DNA from: an uncultured Candidatus Saccharibacteria bacterium
GTDB lineage: Bacteria; Patescibacteriota; Minisyncoccia; Phycocordibacterales; CSBR16-119
Length of the DNA stretch: 64,000 nucleotides
Assembly: GCA_964531475.1 (NCBI GenBank)
Contig: CAZHCS010000001.1
Coordinates: forward strand, 112,739-176,738
Direction: 5' to 3'
In this document: positions 18,040 through 26,758 of the stretch, piece after piece
Layout: each line of letters begins with the position of its first letter
Position numbering within the stretch: the stretch's first letter is position 1
Notes under the pieces: model-generated
Seen by the model: only the letters and a program-made list of their open reading frames with translations
What the model was told of the DNA's origin: nothing
Database searches by the model: none
Made by a program: the position numbers and the translations under genes

Positions 18040-18127
18040 AAAGGGCATTTTAGCAGAAATTTACATTTTTCTTAAGTGTTTGACAAACAACTTAGACTAA
18101 AGTATTTTTATCTACAAACAGGACGTC

Positions 18128-18319
18128 ATGAAAATCTTCCGATATCGCCCAGCTAACAATGAAGAACGGGAACAGCATTTCCGGTTCGCCATGATTTGCA
18201 TCTTTGCCGTGGTCGGCTTTCTCATGGCAATAGTATTGCTGTCCCCTAACACAAGTCCTTTCGAGAAATTCCGAAAACACAATGACAAAGAGTTAGTCCC
18301 GCAAACCCAGCGGGACTAA
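18128..18319 (+). CDS. Small single-TM protein (stand-alone gene)
   Basis: 63 aa with one hydrophobic segment; TTGACA-17-TATTTT at 18080-18108. Confidence 0.6.
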   Translation: MKIFRYRPANNEEREQHFRFAMICIFAVVGFLMAIVLLSPNTSPFEKFRKHNDKELVPQTQRD

Positions 18320-18320
18320 T

Positions 18321-19316
18321 TTATTGCCTCAAAATCTTCACTAACTCATCCCCCACTTTCTTCACCGACTCATCATCAAACGCCGACATCGTTAAAACTT
18401 CCTTACCGAGCTTTTCAAATTCCTTTTTCATTTTCTTGATCGTATCAGCATCCGCAACATCTGTTTTCGTGAGAATGATTATTTCTGGCTTGGCCGCGAG
18501 CTCTTCATCATAATTTTCCAGTTCCTGGCGAATATTTTTATACGTCTGCATCATGCCAGAGGTTCCGAGGTCGTCCGAGGAGCTGAGATTTTCAAAAGAC
18601 ACGAGATGCGCGATCATTTTGGTGCGCTTGATGTGCTTGAGGAACTTGAGACCGAGCCCCTTGCCTTCGGACGCGCCTTCGATGATGCCCGGGATGTCGG
18701 CAATGACGAATTCTTGGAGAACGCCCAAATGCGGATCAAGCGTCGTGAAGGCGTAGCTCCCGATTTTCGACTTGGAATTCGTGACGGCGTTGATGAGCGT
18801 ACTCTTGCCCGCATTCGGATAGCCGACGAGCCCGAGGTCGGCAAACAAGCGGAGTTCGATATGAAAATGCCCAGCCTCGCCCGGCTTGCCGGGAGTCGAC
18901 TCGTACGGAGTCGTGTTAGTCGACGATTTGAAATGTTCGTTCCCGAGACCGCCCTTGCCGCCCTTGAGCACAAGGATCTTCTGTCCGGCTTCAGTGAGCT
19001 CGTATTCTTTTCCTGTCTCGTTCTGGGTGACGACGGACCCAACCGGAAGCTTGATGAACAGGTCTTTGCCCTGCGCGCCGGCCATCTTTTTCTTGAAGCC
19101 CGCTTCGCCGTTCTCGGCCAAGAATTTCGTATCGTGGGTGTAGCTCGCGAGGAGTCCCGAATCTTTGACGCCTTCGATATAGACATCGCCGCCGTTCCCG
19201 CCATCGCCGCCGGCAGGCCCGCCGCGGTCTTCGAATTTGTCCTGGCGCCAGCGAACAACCCCGTCTCCGCCGGAGCCTGCACGCGCGTAGATTGTCAGTT
19301 CATCGATGAATGCCCT
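18321..19316 (-). CDS. obgE: GTPase ObgE (first codon reads AGG)
   Basis: Frame extends upstream of the ORF-track start: (AGG)-AFIDELTIYARAGSGGDG...GGPAGGDGGNGG; GYPNAGKST, YAFTTL, DIPG, TKTD. Confidence 0.93.
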   Translation of the reverse strand, partial: RAFIDELTIYARAGSGGDGVVRWRQDKFEDRGGPAGGDGGNGGDVYIEGVKDSGLLASYTHDTKFLAENGEAGFKKKMAGAQGKDLFIKLPVGSVVTQNETGKEYELTEAGQKILVLKGGKGGLGNEHFKSSTNTTPYESTPGKPGEAGHFHIELRLFADLGLVGYPNAGKSTLINAVTNSKSKIGSYAFTTLDPHLGVLQEFVIADIPGIIEGASEGKGLGLKFLKHIKRTKMIAHLVSFENLSSSDDLGTSGMMQTYKNIRQELENYDEELAAKPEIIILTKTDVADADTIKKMKKEFEKLGKEVLTMSAFDDESVKKVGDELVKILRQ

Positions 19317-19318
19317 AA

Positions 19319-19867
19319 TTATGCTGCGTCATTATAGGTAGAATTAAAATCTTCTTTGCTCGGCAGTCTTTCCGTTGGCCAATATTCATTCACTCGGCCA
19401 AGTTTCATTCTTGCAAGCTCCTCAGCTGAGGGCGATTTTATATACTCATATTTAAATAAATCTTTATAATCAGCCATCTTTGGTAAATAGCTGAACATAA
19501 GCATCAAAGGCTCCTCTCTTGGTATTTCACGTCTGTCAGTTATATCCGAATCTATAAGTCTGACTGCGCGGTCACCAAATTTATCTCTGATTTGCAATTG
19601 ATATGCTTTAGGGAGCTTGGAAACTCTTCCATCAAACCAGTTATTGAATTTTGCCTCCAACTCCTTGGCCTTTTCTATGTTTTCTAATGAAAAACCAAGT
19701 TCTTCATCCATGACAACGTATTTTCTTATCTCATCAGCTATATCAAGATATGCTTTTTGAAGCTCAAAATCCGGAACGTCTTCCATGAAGTTATAGTTGC
19801 CTGGCTCCCAAGAATCCACGTGCATGGGCTTTCCTGTATCTCTTTTTTCCATCATTCCTTCAAACAT
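19319..19867 (-). CDS. Hypothetical protein
   Basis: 182-aa AT-rich ORF filling the gap between MYG1 and obgE. Confidence 0.7.
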   Translation of the reverse strand: MFEGMMEKRDTGKPMHVDSWEPGNYNFMEDVPDFELQKAYLDIADEIRKYVVMDEELGFSLENIEKAKELEAKFNNWFDGRVSKLPKAYQLQIRDKFGDRAVRLIDSDITDRREIPREEPLMLMFSYLPKMADYKDLFKYEYIKSPSAEELARMKLGRVNEYWPTERLPSKEDFNSTYNDAA

Positions 19868-19876
19868 AACCTATTT

Positions 19877-20800
19877 CTAGCTGTTTAATGCCTTTTGCGC
19901 AAGGGCGAGTGCGCCATCCTTGGATTTGGCGACGCAATAGAACCGGCCATCGTGCGCAAAATATGCATCAGCGACTCCGGAAGCTTTTTGGAAATCCGCT
20001 TCTCGAAGACCCGCCCACTCGGCCGGGAACGGCTTACGGGACTCGAACGTATCAGCAGCTTTCCTGACCGTCTCGATCTTCCATCCGTCGCCTTTGGATT
20101 TCGGATAAACGAAATATAGCGGTTCAGCATGATCCACCAAGACGCGATTCACATCCTGGCGCGAATAGGGTTTGCCGAGGATAATGAGACGCTTGTCTTG
20201 CGCGTTCTGATATTCGGCATAAATATCGCGTTCGGCTTCGACCGACGCTTTGGCATGGACGATCTCACGCGCGATGACGGATTTCGCCCAAGCAACCGCC
20301 GCATTGAACTGCGCGAACTCGCGGCTCTCGTCCTCGTTCCAAGCGAGGTTAAACGCGCCGATGATCCCCGATGCCGAATAAGGAAAGACGCGTTCGATGA
20401 CTTGCTTCGAGATATCCTGTCCGTTGTCGACGGCGTCAAGAGATTGAAAGATTTTCTTGTCGAGGACTTCGGCGATAACAGCATCGCCACCGCACAATTC
20501 CGGGCCGTATGCTTTCCAGACAAGTCCGCAAGCCGCATACATAATACCGTTCTCGCGCATACCAGCACGGCCTTTTTGATGATGGTCGAATCGGCCGCGT
20601 GCCGGGTCGTAAACCCCGCCAACATCGAACACGAAGTCCGCACGCTCTATAGTCTCTTGATCGCGCGTGCGGACTATTTCGTACCGCTCGCCTTTTGCAT
20701 CGAAATGCATTTCTAAGATCGCGCAAGCGAACACATCGTCGGCATGAAAGCCTGAGTCGTGGGTGACAAGAATTTTCTTTTTTGCCAGGAAGCTAAACAT
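19877..20800 (-). CDS. MYG1 family exonuclease
   Basis: THDSGFHADDV, DVGGVYDP...FDHHQ, PFPAEWAGL. Confidence 0.92.
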   Translation of the reverse strand: MFSFLAKKKILVTHDSGFHADDVFACAILEMHFDAKGERYEIVRTRDQETIERADFVFDVGGVYDPARGRFDHHQKGRAGMRENGIMYAACGLVWKAYGPELCGGDAVIAEVLDKKIFQSLDAVDNGQDISKQVIERVFPYSASGIIGAFNLAWNEDESREFAQFNAAVAWAKSVIAREIVHAKASVEAERDIYAEYQNAQDKRLIILGKPYSRQDVNRVLVDHAEPLYFVYPKSKGDGWKIETVRKAADTFESRKPFPAEWAGLREADFQKASGVADAYFAHDGRFYCVAKSKDGALALAQKALNS

Positions 20801-21147
20801 TAGTCTTCTTTGTTCTTGCCGAACATGCTGCCGATCCAGTTGAACACCGACACAACAAGAGAGCCGAAAAGCGCCGCGGTGAATGTATCAACGTCCATAC
20901 CCGGCACGATTCCCGAGACGAACCAGAAGAAGAGCGCGTTCAAAACAACAAGGAAGATACCGAGAGTAATGATGGTAATAGGTAGTGTCAGGATGCGGAT
21001 GATTGGCTTGACGATGAACTGAACGACAGTGAGAAGCGCGCCGGCGATAACAATCGTTAACCAGCCATCAGTGTGGACACCGGCAACGAGATAATCGGCC
21101 AAGAAGACCGCGACCGAAAGTAATATGAGTCGTATGAGTAATTTCAT
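20800..21147 (-). CDS. 4-TM phage-holin-family (YvlD-like) membrane protein
   Basis: IVKPIIRILTLPITIITLGIFLVVLNA motif. Confidence 0.85.
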   Translation of the reverse strand: MKLLIRLILLSVAVFLADYLVAGVHTDGWLTIVIAGALLTVVQFIVKPIIRILTLPITIITLGIFLVVLNALFFWFVSGIVPGMDVDTFTAALFGSLVVSVFNWIGSMFGKNKED

Positions 21148-21262
21148 CCCGTTAGAAGCAGGTCGCGGTCTTTCCGCTCCATGCTTGGTTATTATTTTTA
21201 ATCATAAACATAATTTTAGCATAGTTTAAAGATTCGTGACCGCGGCTTCTAACGGGATTCAT
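21143..21262 (-). mobile_element. Start-codon hairpin element, copy 1 (MITE-like)
   Basis: ATGAA-TCCCGTTAGAAG...CTTCTAACGGG-ATGAA; 115 nt between the two ATGs. Confidence 0.8.
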
Positions 21263-21271
21263 GTCAATAAT

Positions 21272-21727
21272 CTATGCGAATAATTGATCGACTGCGTTCT
21301 TGACGTCAGCGCCGTCAGCCTTGCCCTTCAAGTCTTTCATAAGCGCACCGACGAGCATTCCCTTTTTCGAAGCGTCGGTGATGCCAAGCTCGGCTTTCTT
21401 CGCTTCGGCGAGTTTCTGTACTTCTTCAAACGGCATCATTTCCGGCAAGAATTCCGTGAGAATGACGAGTTCTTTCTCTTCTGATTCTGCAAGCTCAGGC
21501 CGGCCGCCGTCGATGAACTGCTTGATCGATTCTTTGCGCTGCTTTGAAAGACGCGTGATGACTGCCAGCGCTTCCTCGTCAGTAAGCATATCCTGGGGCG
21601 TACGCTTCGTCGCGACGAGCTCGTTCGTGAACGCCGTCGAGATGCCGCGCATGACCAGAACCCGGCTTTCGTCCTTGGCTTTCATAGCCGCCATAATTCC
21701 CCCTTTGATTTGTTCGTGAAGTGTCAT
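21272..21727 (-). CDS. GatB/YqeY domain protein
   Basis: AMKAKD...KQRKESIKQFIDGGRPELAESE...LKGKADG. Confidence 0.92.
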   Translation of the reverse strand: MTLHEQIKGGIMAAMKAKDESRVLVMRGISTAFTNELVATKRTPQDMLTDEEALAVITRLSKQRKESIKQFIDGGRPELAESEEKELVILTEFLPEMMPFEEVQKLAEAKKAELGITDASKKGMLVGALMKDLKGKADGADVKNAVDQLFA

Positions 21728-21770
21728 GATGTTATTTTAGCAATATTCATAGTAAATTAAAAACGATCAC

Positions 21771-23606
21771 TTATTTACGGTAACGGAATATAAATTTCTT
21801 ATCAAAATCCCTAAAAACCTTTTTTGATCCGCCACATGTTTCTACATCGAGGAATCTCTTACCATCTATACACCTTGAATAATAAATTACTTCATAGGGA
21901 TGAACACTAATTGGCTCCATTGCAACCAAAACATTATCTGGTCCATCGTAGTTAATTGCCAAATACGGTCCCATTTCAGCTGGACACATTTCAAGACCTA
22001 ATTCTTTGCAGCTCTCAATAAATTTATCAAAATAAAGATCTTCTTTAATCCCTAATTCTTCAGGAGTGAACCCTACAAGATTATATGTTTCTCTATTTTG
22101 ACTGAATTCTGTTCTGTTTAACGCTACCCTGAATGTATTTACATTATTGTGAATACCTCTTTCTTTTAATTTATATTCGGCTTCCCCAGAGTTTCTAATT
22201 TCTAGATTCGTTTCGAAATCCAATAAGAAGATATTGTCTTTTGGAAATCGCTTATACATGTGCTCAATACGAGGATGGTCTTTGATTTTTTTGAAAATGT
22301 CAAAATTCCAGTCTCCAATATAGACCTTCGTATTCTCCTTTATCTCGTCAAGATTATGAGCAATTTGATCTTCTGTACAACCAAAGACGGTCGGTGCGTC
22401 TTCTTCTGGATTTCTTTTACTCAGTAACTCAGAAACTCTCGGATCCTTGTGGTATCCAAATCCCTCAATCGGTGAGTTTAGTTCGTATATAAAGATTAGG
22501 TCTTCTTTTGAAAAAACCTCTCCCTTTTCTTGTTTCTCACAAAGAAGGGTTAGGTATTGCATATCAGCTGATTTCTTTTGATAAACATCAGCCTCACTAC
22601 CGAATTCAGAAAGTTTGTTACTAAGAATCTCTTGCATGGATGATTCAACAGCTTGATTAGGGAGGACGCCCCTTACTTCGGCAATTTTATCTTTTCCTTG
22701 CATACGAATAGCAAGACGAGGCTGTGTTGGTTCACCATTTGAATCATAACTATAGTACACATAGAAATCTCCAGTTTCTATTTGCTGTTTTGCGGTTGAT
22801 TGTCCCGCCGTACACCAGCCTGTTCCTTTACCTTCAAGTGAGGTAAAAAGTTTTTCAGCTTCTCCGTCTTTGCCTTGTTCGTATTTTATCCATTCACCAC
22901 GAAGTTCTTCTTTGTTCTCCATTTGAGCGGCAAGAGACTCTTGGGTCAACTCGGCATACAAATCTGGAAACTTTTTAGAAAAAGCATCTTGTATTTCGGG
23001 TTCTTTGAGATTCTTATTATCAGCTTTTACTTTTTCGTAAATATCAGCTATCTGCGCTAGTGGTTCGCGATAAATATCTGGAAATGGCGCAACAGTAGTT
23101 TTGGTACGCTTTTTATATTCACCACGTTCTTTGTCGAACTGTGAAAGTTTGGTTATATTTTTCCAGACATAATATTTAAACCATGCGGGATAGACAGCAT
23201 CATCCGACGTCAAATAGTCCATCCAAGCGTCGAGAGAAGCTTTCTGGTCTTGAATAGCTACTTCTTTCATTTGATTGCGAGTTTCTTCTGGAATTACTTC
23301 AACAGCCTGCCCTCGCTCTCGAGCAATTTTTTGTTGGAGTTCAAAATAGCTTTCGGGGAAATTTTCTTCTTTTATAATCAAAGAGTCGTATATCTTTGAT
23401 CGGAAAAGTTCTAGATTTCTTTTTCTAGTTTCTTGGTCTTCATTAAGAAATATATTTTCTAGACGTTCGGCGTAAGCTTCAATGCGATTGGAAGGGTCAT
23501 TTGGAATACTTTCACCGGATTCTTTTTCTTTTCTAGAAACAGCCCTTTTAACTTCTGGAGAAGTCTGAAGTTCTGGATTTTTCATATGTAGCGGATGTTT
23601 TTCCAT
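21771..23606 (-). CDS. Large hypothetical protein
   Basis: About 611-aa AT-rich ORF; GTGWCTAG and PRLAIRM...IAEVRG segments; start chosen 7 nt after TAAAAT. Confidence 0.75.
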   Translation of the reverse strand: MEKHPLHMKNPELQTSPEVKRAVSRKEKESGESIPNDPSNRIEAYAERLENIFLNEDQETRKRNLELFRSKIYDSLIIKEENFPESYFELQQKIARERGQAVEVIPEETRNQMKEVAIQDQKASLDAWMDYLTSDDAVYPAWFKYYVWKNITKLSQFDKERGEYKKRTKTTVAPFPDIYREPLAQIADIYEKVKADNKNLKEPEIQDAFSKKFPDLYAELTQESLAAQMENKEELRGEWIKYEQGKDGEAEKLFTSLEGKGTGWCTAGQSTAKQQIETGDFYVYYSYDSNGEPTQPRLAIRMQGKDKIAEVRGVLPNQAVESSMQEILSNKLSEFGSEADVYQKKSADMQYLTLLCEKQEKGEVFSKEDLIFIYELNSPIEGFGYHKDPRVSELLSKRNPEEDAPTVFGCTEDQIAHNLDEIKENTKVYIGDWNFDIFKKIKDHPRIEHMYKRFPKDNIFLLDFETNLEIRNSGEAEYKLKERGIHNNVNTFRVALNRTEFSQNRETYNLVGFTPEELGIKEDLYFDKFIESCKELGLEMCPAEMGPYLAINYDGPDNVLVAMEPISVHPYEVIYYSRCIDGKRFLDVETCGGSKKVFRDFDKKFIFRYRK

Positions 23607-23641
23607 ACCCAGCATTTTACCTTATCTGTTATAATTTCGAA

Positions 23642-24364
23642 ATGACCTCAAAACAACTCTTATTTCTCGACACCGAAACAACCGGGAACCTCCCAGAAGA
23701 TCGCTTGTGCCAGCTCTGTTACAAACTTGATAACACAATCGTCTCCGAGCTCTACAAGCCGCCGGTCCCTATCACCATCGAATCCATGGCCGTACATCAC
23801 ATCACGGAAAAAATGGTCGCGGATAGGCCGGCATTCAAGGCAAGTCCCGAATGGAAAGCGCTCGAGGGAATGTTCGCAAAAGACGACACTGTGCTCATCG
23901 CCCACAATGCGAAATTCGACGTCGCCATGCTCGAGAAAGAAGGCCTCATGCCGAAGCGCATCATCGACACGTACCGAGTGGCGCGGCATCTTGATCCTGA
24001 AGGCAAGATCTCCTCGTATCGTTTGCAATATTTGCGCTATCTCCTCGGGATCGAGATCGAAGCGACGGCGCACGATGCCAAGGGCGACGTGCTCGTGCTC
24101 GAACAGCTTTTTGAACGATTGATCAAAAAGATCATGGAGACCGAAAATATTTCGCGCGATACAGCCATCGACCAAATGGTAGATATCTCTTCAAAGCCGT
24201 GCTTGTTCAAATTCTTCACCTTCGGCAAATACAAGAACTCAAGTGTTGAAGAAGTGGCCCAAAAAGACGCCGCATATCTGCGCTGGTTGCTCGAACAAAA
24301 GAAGCAAAATCCCGAAGAAGAGGAAGATTGGATCTATACTCTTGAACAAGCGTTAAAGATGTAG
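23642..24364 (+). CDS. DEDDh 3'-5' exonuclease (ExoX-like) with C-terminal FGKY domain
   Basis: LDTETTG, AHNAKFD, AHDAKGD, FTFGKYK...YLRWL. Confidence 0.9.
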   Translation: MTSKQLLFLDTETTGNLPEDRLCQLCYKLDNTIVSELYKPPVPITIESMAVHHITEKMVADRPAFKASPEWKALEGMFAKDDTVLIAHNAKFDVAMLEKEGLMPKRIIDTYRVARHLDPEGKISSYRLQYLRYLLGIEIEATAHDAKGDVLVLEQLFERLIKKIMETENISRDTAIDQMVDISSKPCLFKFFTFGKYKNSSVEEVAQKDAAYLRWLLEQKKQNPEEEEDWIYTLEQALKM

Positions 24365-24388
24365 TATAGTGTGGCAAAACAATGCCGC

Positions 24389-24574
24389 ATGAGACTATTC
24401 GTACTCACGTTCTTGTTCATGGCGTTCGTGCTTCGCGACTGGCTAATAGAGCCTGCTGCATGGTGGCAACTCTTTGCCGGAGCCTACGTTGCTTTTGTGG
24501 TGGCGCTTATCGTCTGGATACTCGATGGTGTCTACCACGCCAGACGTGACCCCAAAAGCAAATACGCTACCTGA
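24389..24574 (+). CDS. Small 2-TM protein (stand-alone gene)
   Basis: 61 aa; TTGAAC-17-TATAGT at 24342-24370; hairpin AGGCCCCC-gaaat-GGGGGCCT at 24580-24600. Confidence 0.6.
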   Translation: MRLFVLTFLFMAFVLRDWLIEPAAWWQLFAGAYVAFVVALIVWILDGVYHARRDPKSKYAT

Positions 24575-24623
24575 CCTTTAGGCCCCCGAAATGGGGGCCT
24601 TTGGTATGTGCTAAAATATTGTC

Positions 24624-24750
24624 ATGAATCCCGTTAGAGATGTTTCGGTTTAGTATTTAATGGGAATCATGATTTTTTATGGTCGTTAATCACTTAGAAA
24701 AAAATAGCCTAGGTACGCAAACCAAAGTTTGCTATCTCTAACGGGATGAA
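24624..24750 (+). mobile_element. Start-codon hairpin element, copy 2
   Basis: ATGAA-TCCCGTTAGAGAT...ATCTCTAACGGG-ATGAA; 122 nt between the ATGs. Confidence 0.8.
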
Positions 24751-25774
24751 CGCAATCATCTACGGCATCATCGGTCTCGTTGTCGGACTTATTCTCGTCC
24801 GGCTTTTCCAGTCGCGTAAAAAGTCTGACGACGGCGCGCCGCTTTTCAAAATGCTTGCCGACGAGATGAAAGACCTGCGCCGCACAATGGACGAAAAACT
24901 CCACCAGTCCAACGAATCTATCCGCTACCAGTCGAGCGAATCACAGCGCCTCATCAAAGAGATCACGCGCGAAATAACCGAAGTCAAAGAGACGGGCCGA
25001 CAAGTCATGGGCTTCACCGACCAACTCCAGCAGCTTCAGAATATGCTAAAGAATCCAAAAAGCCGCGGCGTACTCGGCGAGTATTACCTCGAGACACTTT
25101 TAAAAAATACGCTACCGCCTGGCTCGTACCAGATGCAGTATCCTTTTCAAAATGGCGAGATCGTCGACGCGGCAGTCTTTGTCAAAGACAAAATTATTCC
25201 CGTTGATTCAAAATTCTCTCTCGAAAATTATAATCGTATTACCGATGCTGCTGATCCGTCGGAGCGCGATCGCTTGGAAAAACTATTCTTGAACGATTTG
25301 AAAAATCGCATAGTCGAAACAGCCAAATACATCCGTCCGGAACTAAATACGATGGATTTCGCGTTCATGTTCATTCCCCACGAAGCGATTTATTATGATT
25401 TGCTCGTAAACAAGATCGGCGCGATCGGCGAAGATACTGAAAACCTCATCCAACGCGCAGCATCCAAGTACCGAGTCATCATCGTCTCACCGACCAGCTT
25501 CCTCGCGTACCTGCAGACTGTGCTCCAGGGACTCAAAGCTTTGCAGATCGAAGAATCCGCCAAAGAAATCCAGAAGCGTGTCGGCGAGCTAGGCAAGCAT
25601 TTGAAGTCTTACGAGGACTACCACAACAAACTCGGTCGCAATCTTTCGACAGTCGTGAACCAGTACGAACTTTCTGGCAAAGAACTCAAGAAGATCGACA
25701 AAGACGTCTATCGCATCTCTGGCGAAACTGTCGGCTTGGAGCCGCTCGAAATCGAAAAGCCTCGCGAAGACTAG
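24746..25774 (+). CDS. rmuC: DNA recombination protein RmuC
   Basis: N-terminal TM, NPKSRGVLGEYYLE, PVDSKFSLENY, DFAFMFIPHEAIY, VSPTSF. Confidence 0.92.
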   Translation: MNAIIYGIIGLVVGLILVRLFQSRKKSDDGAPLFKMLADEMKDLRRTMDEKLHQSNESIRYQSSESQRLIKEITREITEVKETGRQVMGFTDQLQQLQNMLKNPKSRGVLGEYYLETLLKNTLPPGSYQMQYPFQNGEIVDAAVFVKDKIIPVDSKFSLENYNRITDAADPSERDRLEKLFLNDLKNRIVETAKYIRPELNTMDFAFMFIPHEAIYYDLLVNKIGAIGEDTENLIQRAASKYRVIIVSPTSFLAYLQTVLQGLKALQIEESAKEIQKRVGELGKHLKSYEDYHNKLGRNLSTVVNQYELSGKELKKIDKDVYRISGETVGLEPLEIEKPRED

Positions 25775-25799
25775 CTGGTCGAGGTCCGACCTCGACCAG
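25775..25799. repeat. REP-1 copy directly after the rmuC stop
   Basis: Exact CTGGTCGAGGTCCGACCTCGACCAG. Confidence 0.9.
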
Positions 25800-25887
25800 T
25801 GTGAACCGTTGACAAGGCCTATTTTTCAGCGTATACATGGGTTAGACCCACCTGCACAAAAACCTGACAACTAAAAATCCGACTGGC

Positions 25888-26703
25888 ATGAAGAAGCTCT
25901 TGCTTTTCGTTTTTGGCGCCGCGTTCATCTTGTGTGAATCGTGCACCCGCCATCATCACGTCGTTATGGCTTACGACCTGGACGATACCGTCAAAACATT
26001 GATCACTCCTGGAATGGTATCGTTCGAGGTCAATCGTCCCTGGTCGCATCAGCGTACCTGGGGCCTCATGGAGACCCGCGACGACAGCTTGCTCGGCATG
26101 GGCTATGTAACCCAAGTCAAACGAGGCAAGATTAATTCCATTTACCGGATTGGTAACATGGACACCACTTTCGCTATGCCGAATACGCACTTCTCGATGC
26201 AGGATAGCATTTTGCGGAACGGCAAGAATAAGAAGCTGGAAGTCATCAGGGTAGAACCGGAGCCATGCTTGTGCGAACCCGGTATGGGTATCTCGTTTGG
26301 AGGCGACTCAGTGACGCGCAACTTCGTACCGCCGCAGAAGAAAGTAGTCGAGATCCCGGTCGAAGCACTGCTTGATACGACGGAAGCCGGGCTTCCCGTT
26401 ATTCTCGCGGCACACATCGACACGGTCGATACACCCCTTCCGAACGGAGAGTACAGCTACCGCGTAGCTGTCAGGTACTCCGACAAGACGTCGTGTGATG
26501 TGTTCCGGCTCATCCGAAGCGAATGGCGAAAAGACGTTTTACAAACGATCTATATGCCGTCCGCAGAGCACCGAGAATACTTCCGCCAAGCCTTCGCTGC
26601 AGACAGTACCGACAAGCGAGTCGTGGGATTGGTAGTCATGAAGGACTACGTAGAGCCAAAAGGCGTCAAGAAACAGCCTCACGACAGACGTGATCGCTGG
26701 TGA
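25888..26703 (+). CDS. Hypothetical exported protein / putative lipoprotein (stand-alone gene)
   Basis: MKKLLLFVFGAAFILCESC signal; TTGACA-17-TATACA at 25809-25837. Confidence 0.7.
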   Translation: MKKLLLFVFGAAFILCESCTRHHHVVMAYDLDDTVKTLITPGMVSFEVNRPWSHQRTWGLMETRDDSLLGMGYVTQVKRGKINSIYRIGNMDTTFAMPNTHFSMQDSILRNGKNKKLEVIRVEPEPCLCEPGMGISFGGDSVTRNFVPPQKKVVEIPVEALLDTTEAGLPVILAAHIDTVDTPLPNGEYSYRVAVRYSDKTSCDVFRLIRSEWRKDVLQTIYMPSAEHREYFRQAFAADSTDKRVVGLVVMKDYVEPKGVKKQPHDRRDRW

Positions 26704-26707
26704 CGAA

Positions 26708-26735
26708 AAAGGGCGGGCCGTACGGCCCGCCCTTT
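26708..26735. terminator. Intrinsic terminator
   Basis: AAAGGGCGGGCCGT/ACGGCCCGCCCTTT. Confidence 0.8.
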
Positions 26736-26758
26736 CCCCTTTTCATTTCAATAATAAT

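Noticed and set aside
20800-21147. Holin-family gene as evidence of a prophage
   Set aside because: YvlD-like membrane proteins are common chromosomal genes; no endolysin or structural phage genes adjacent.
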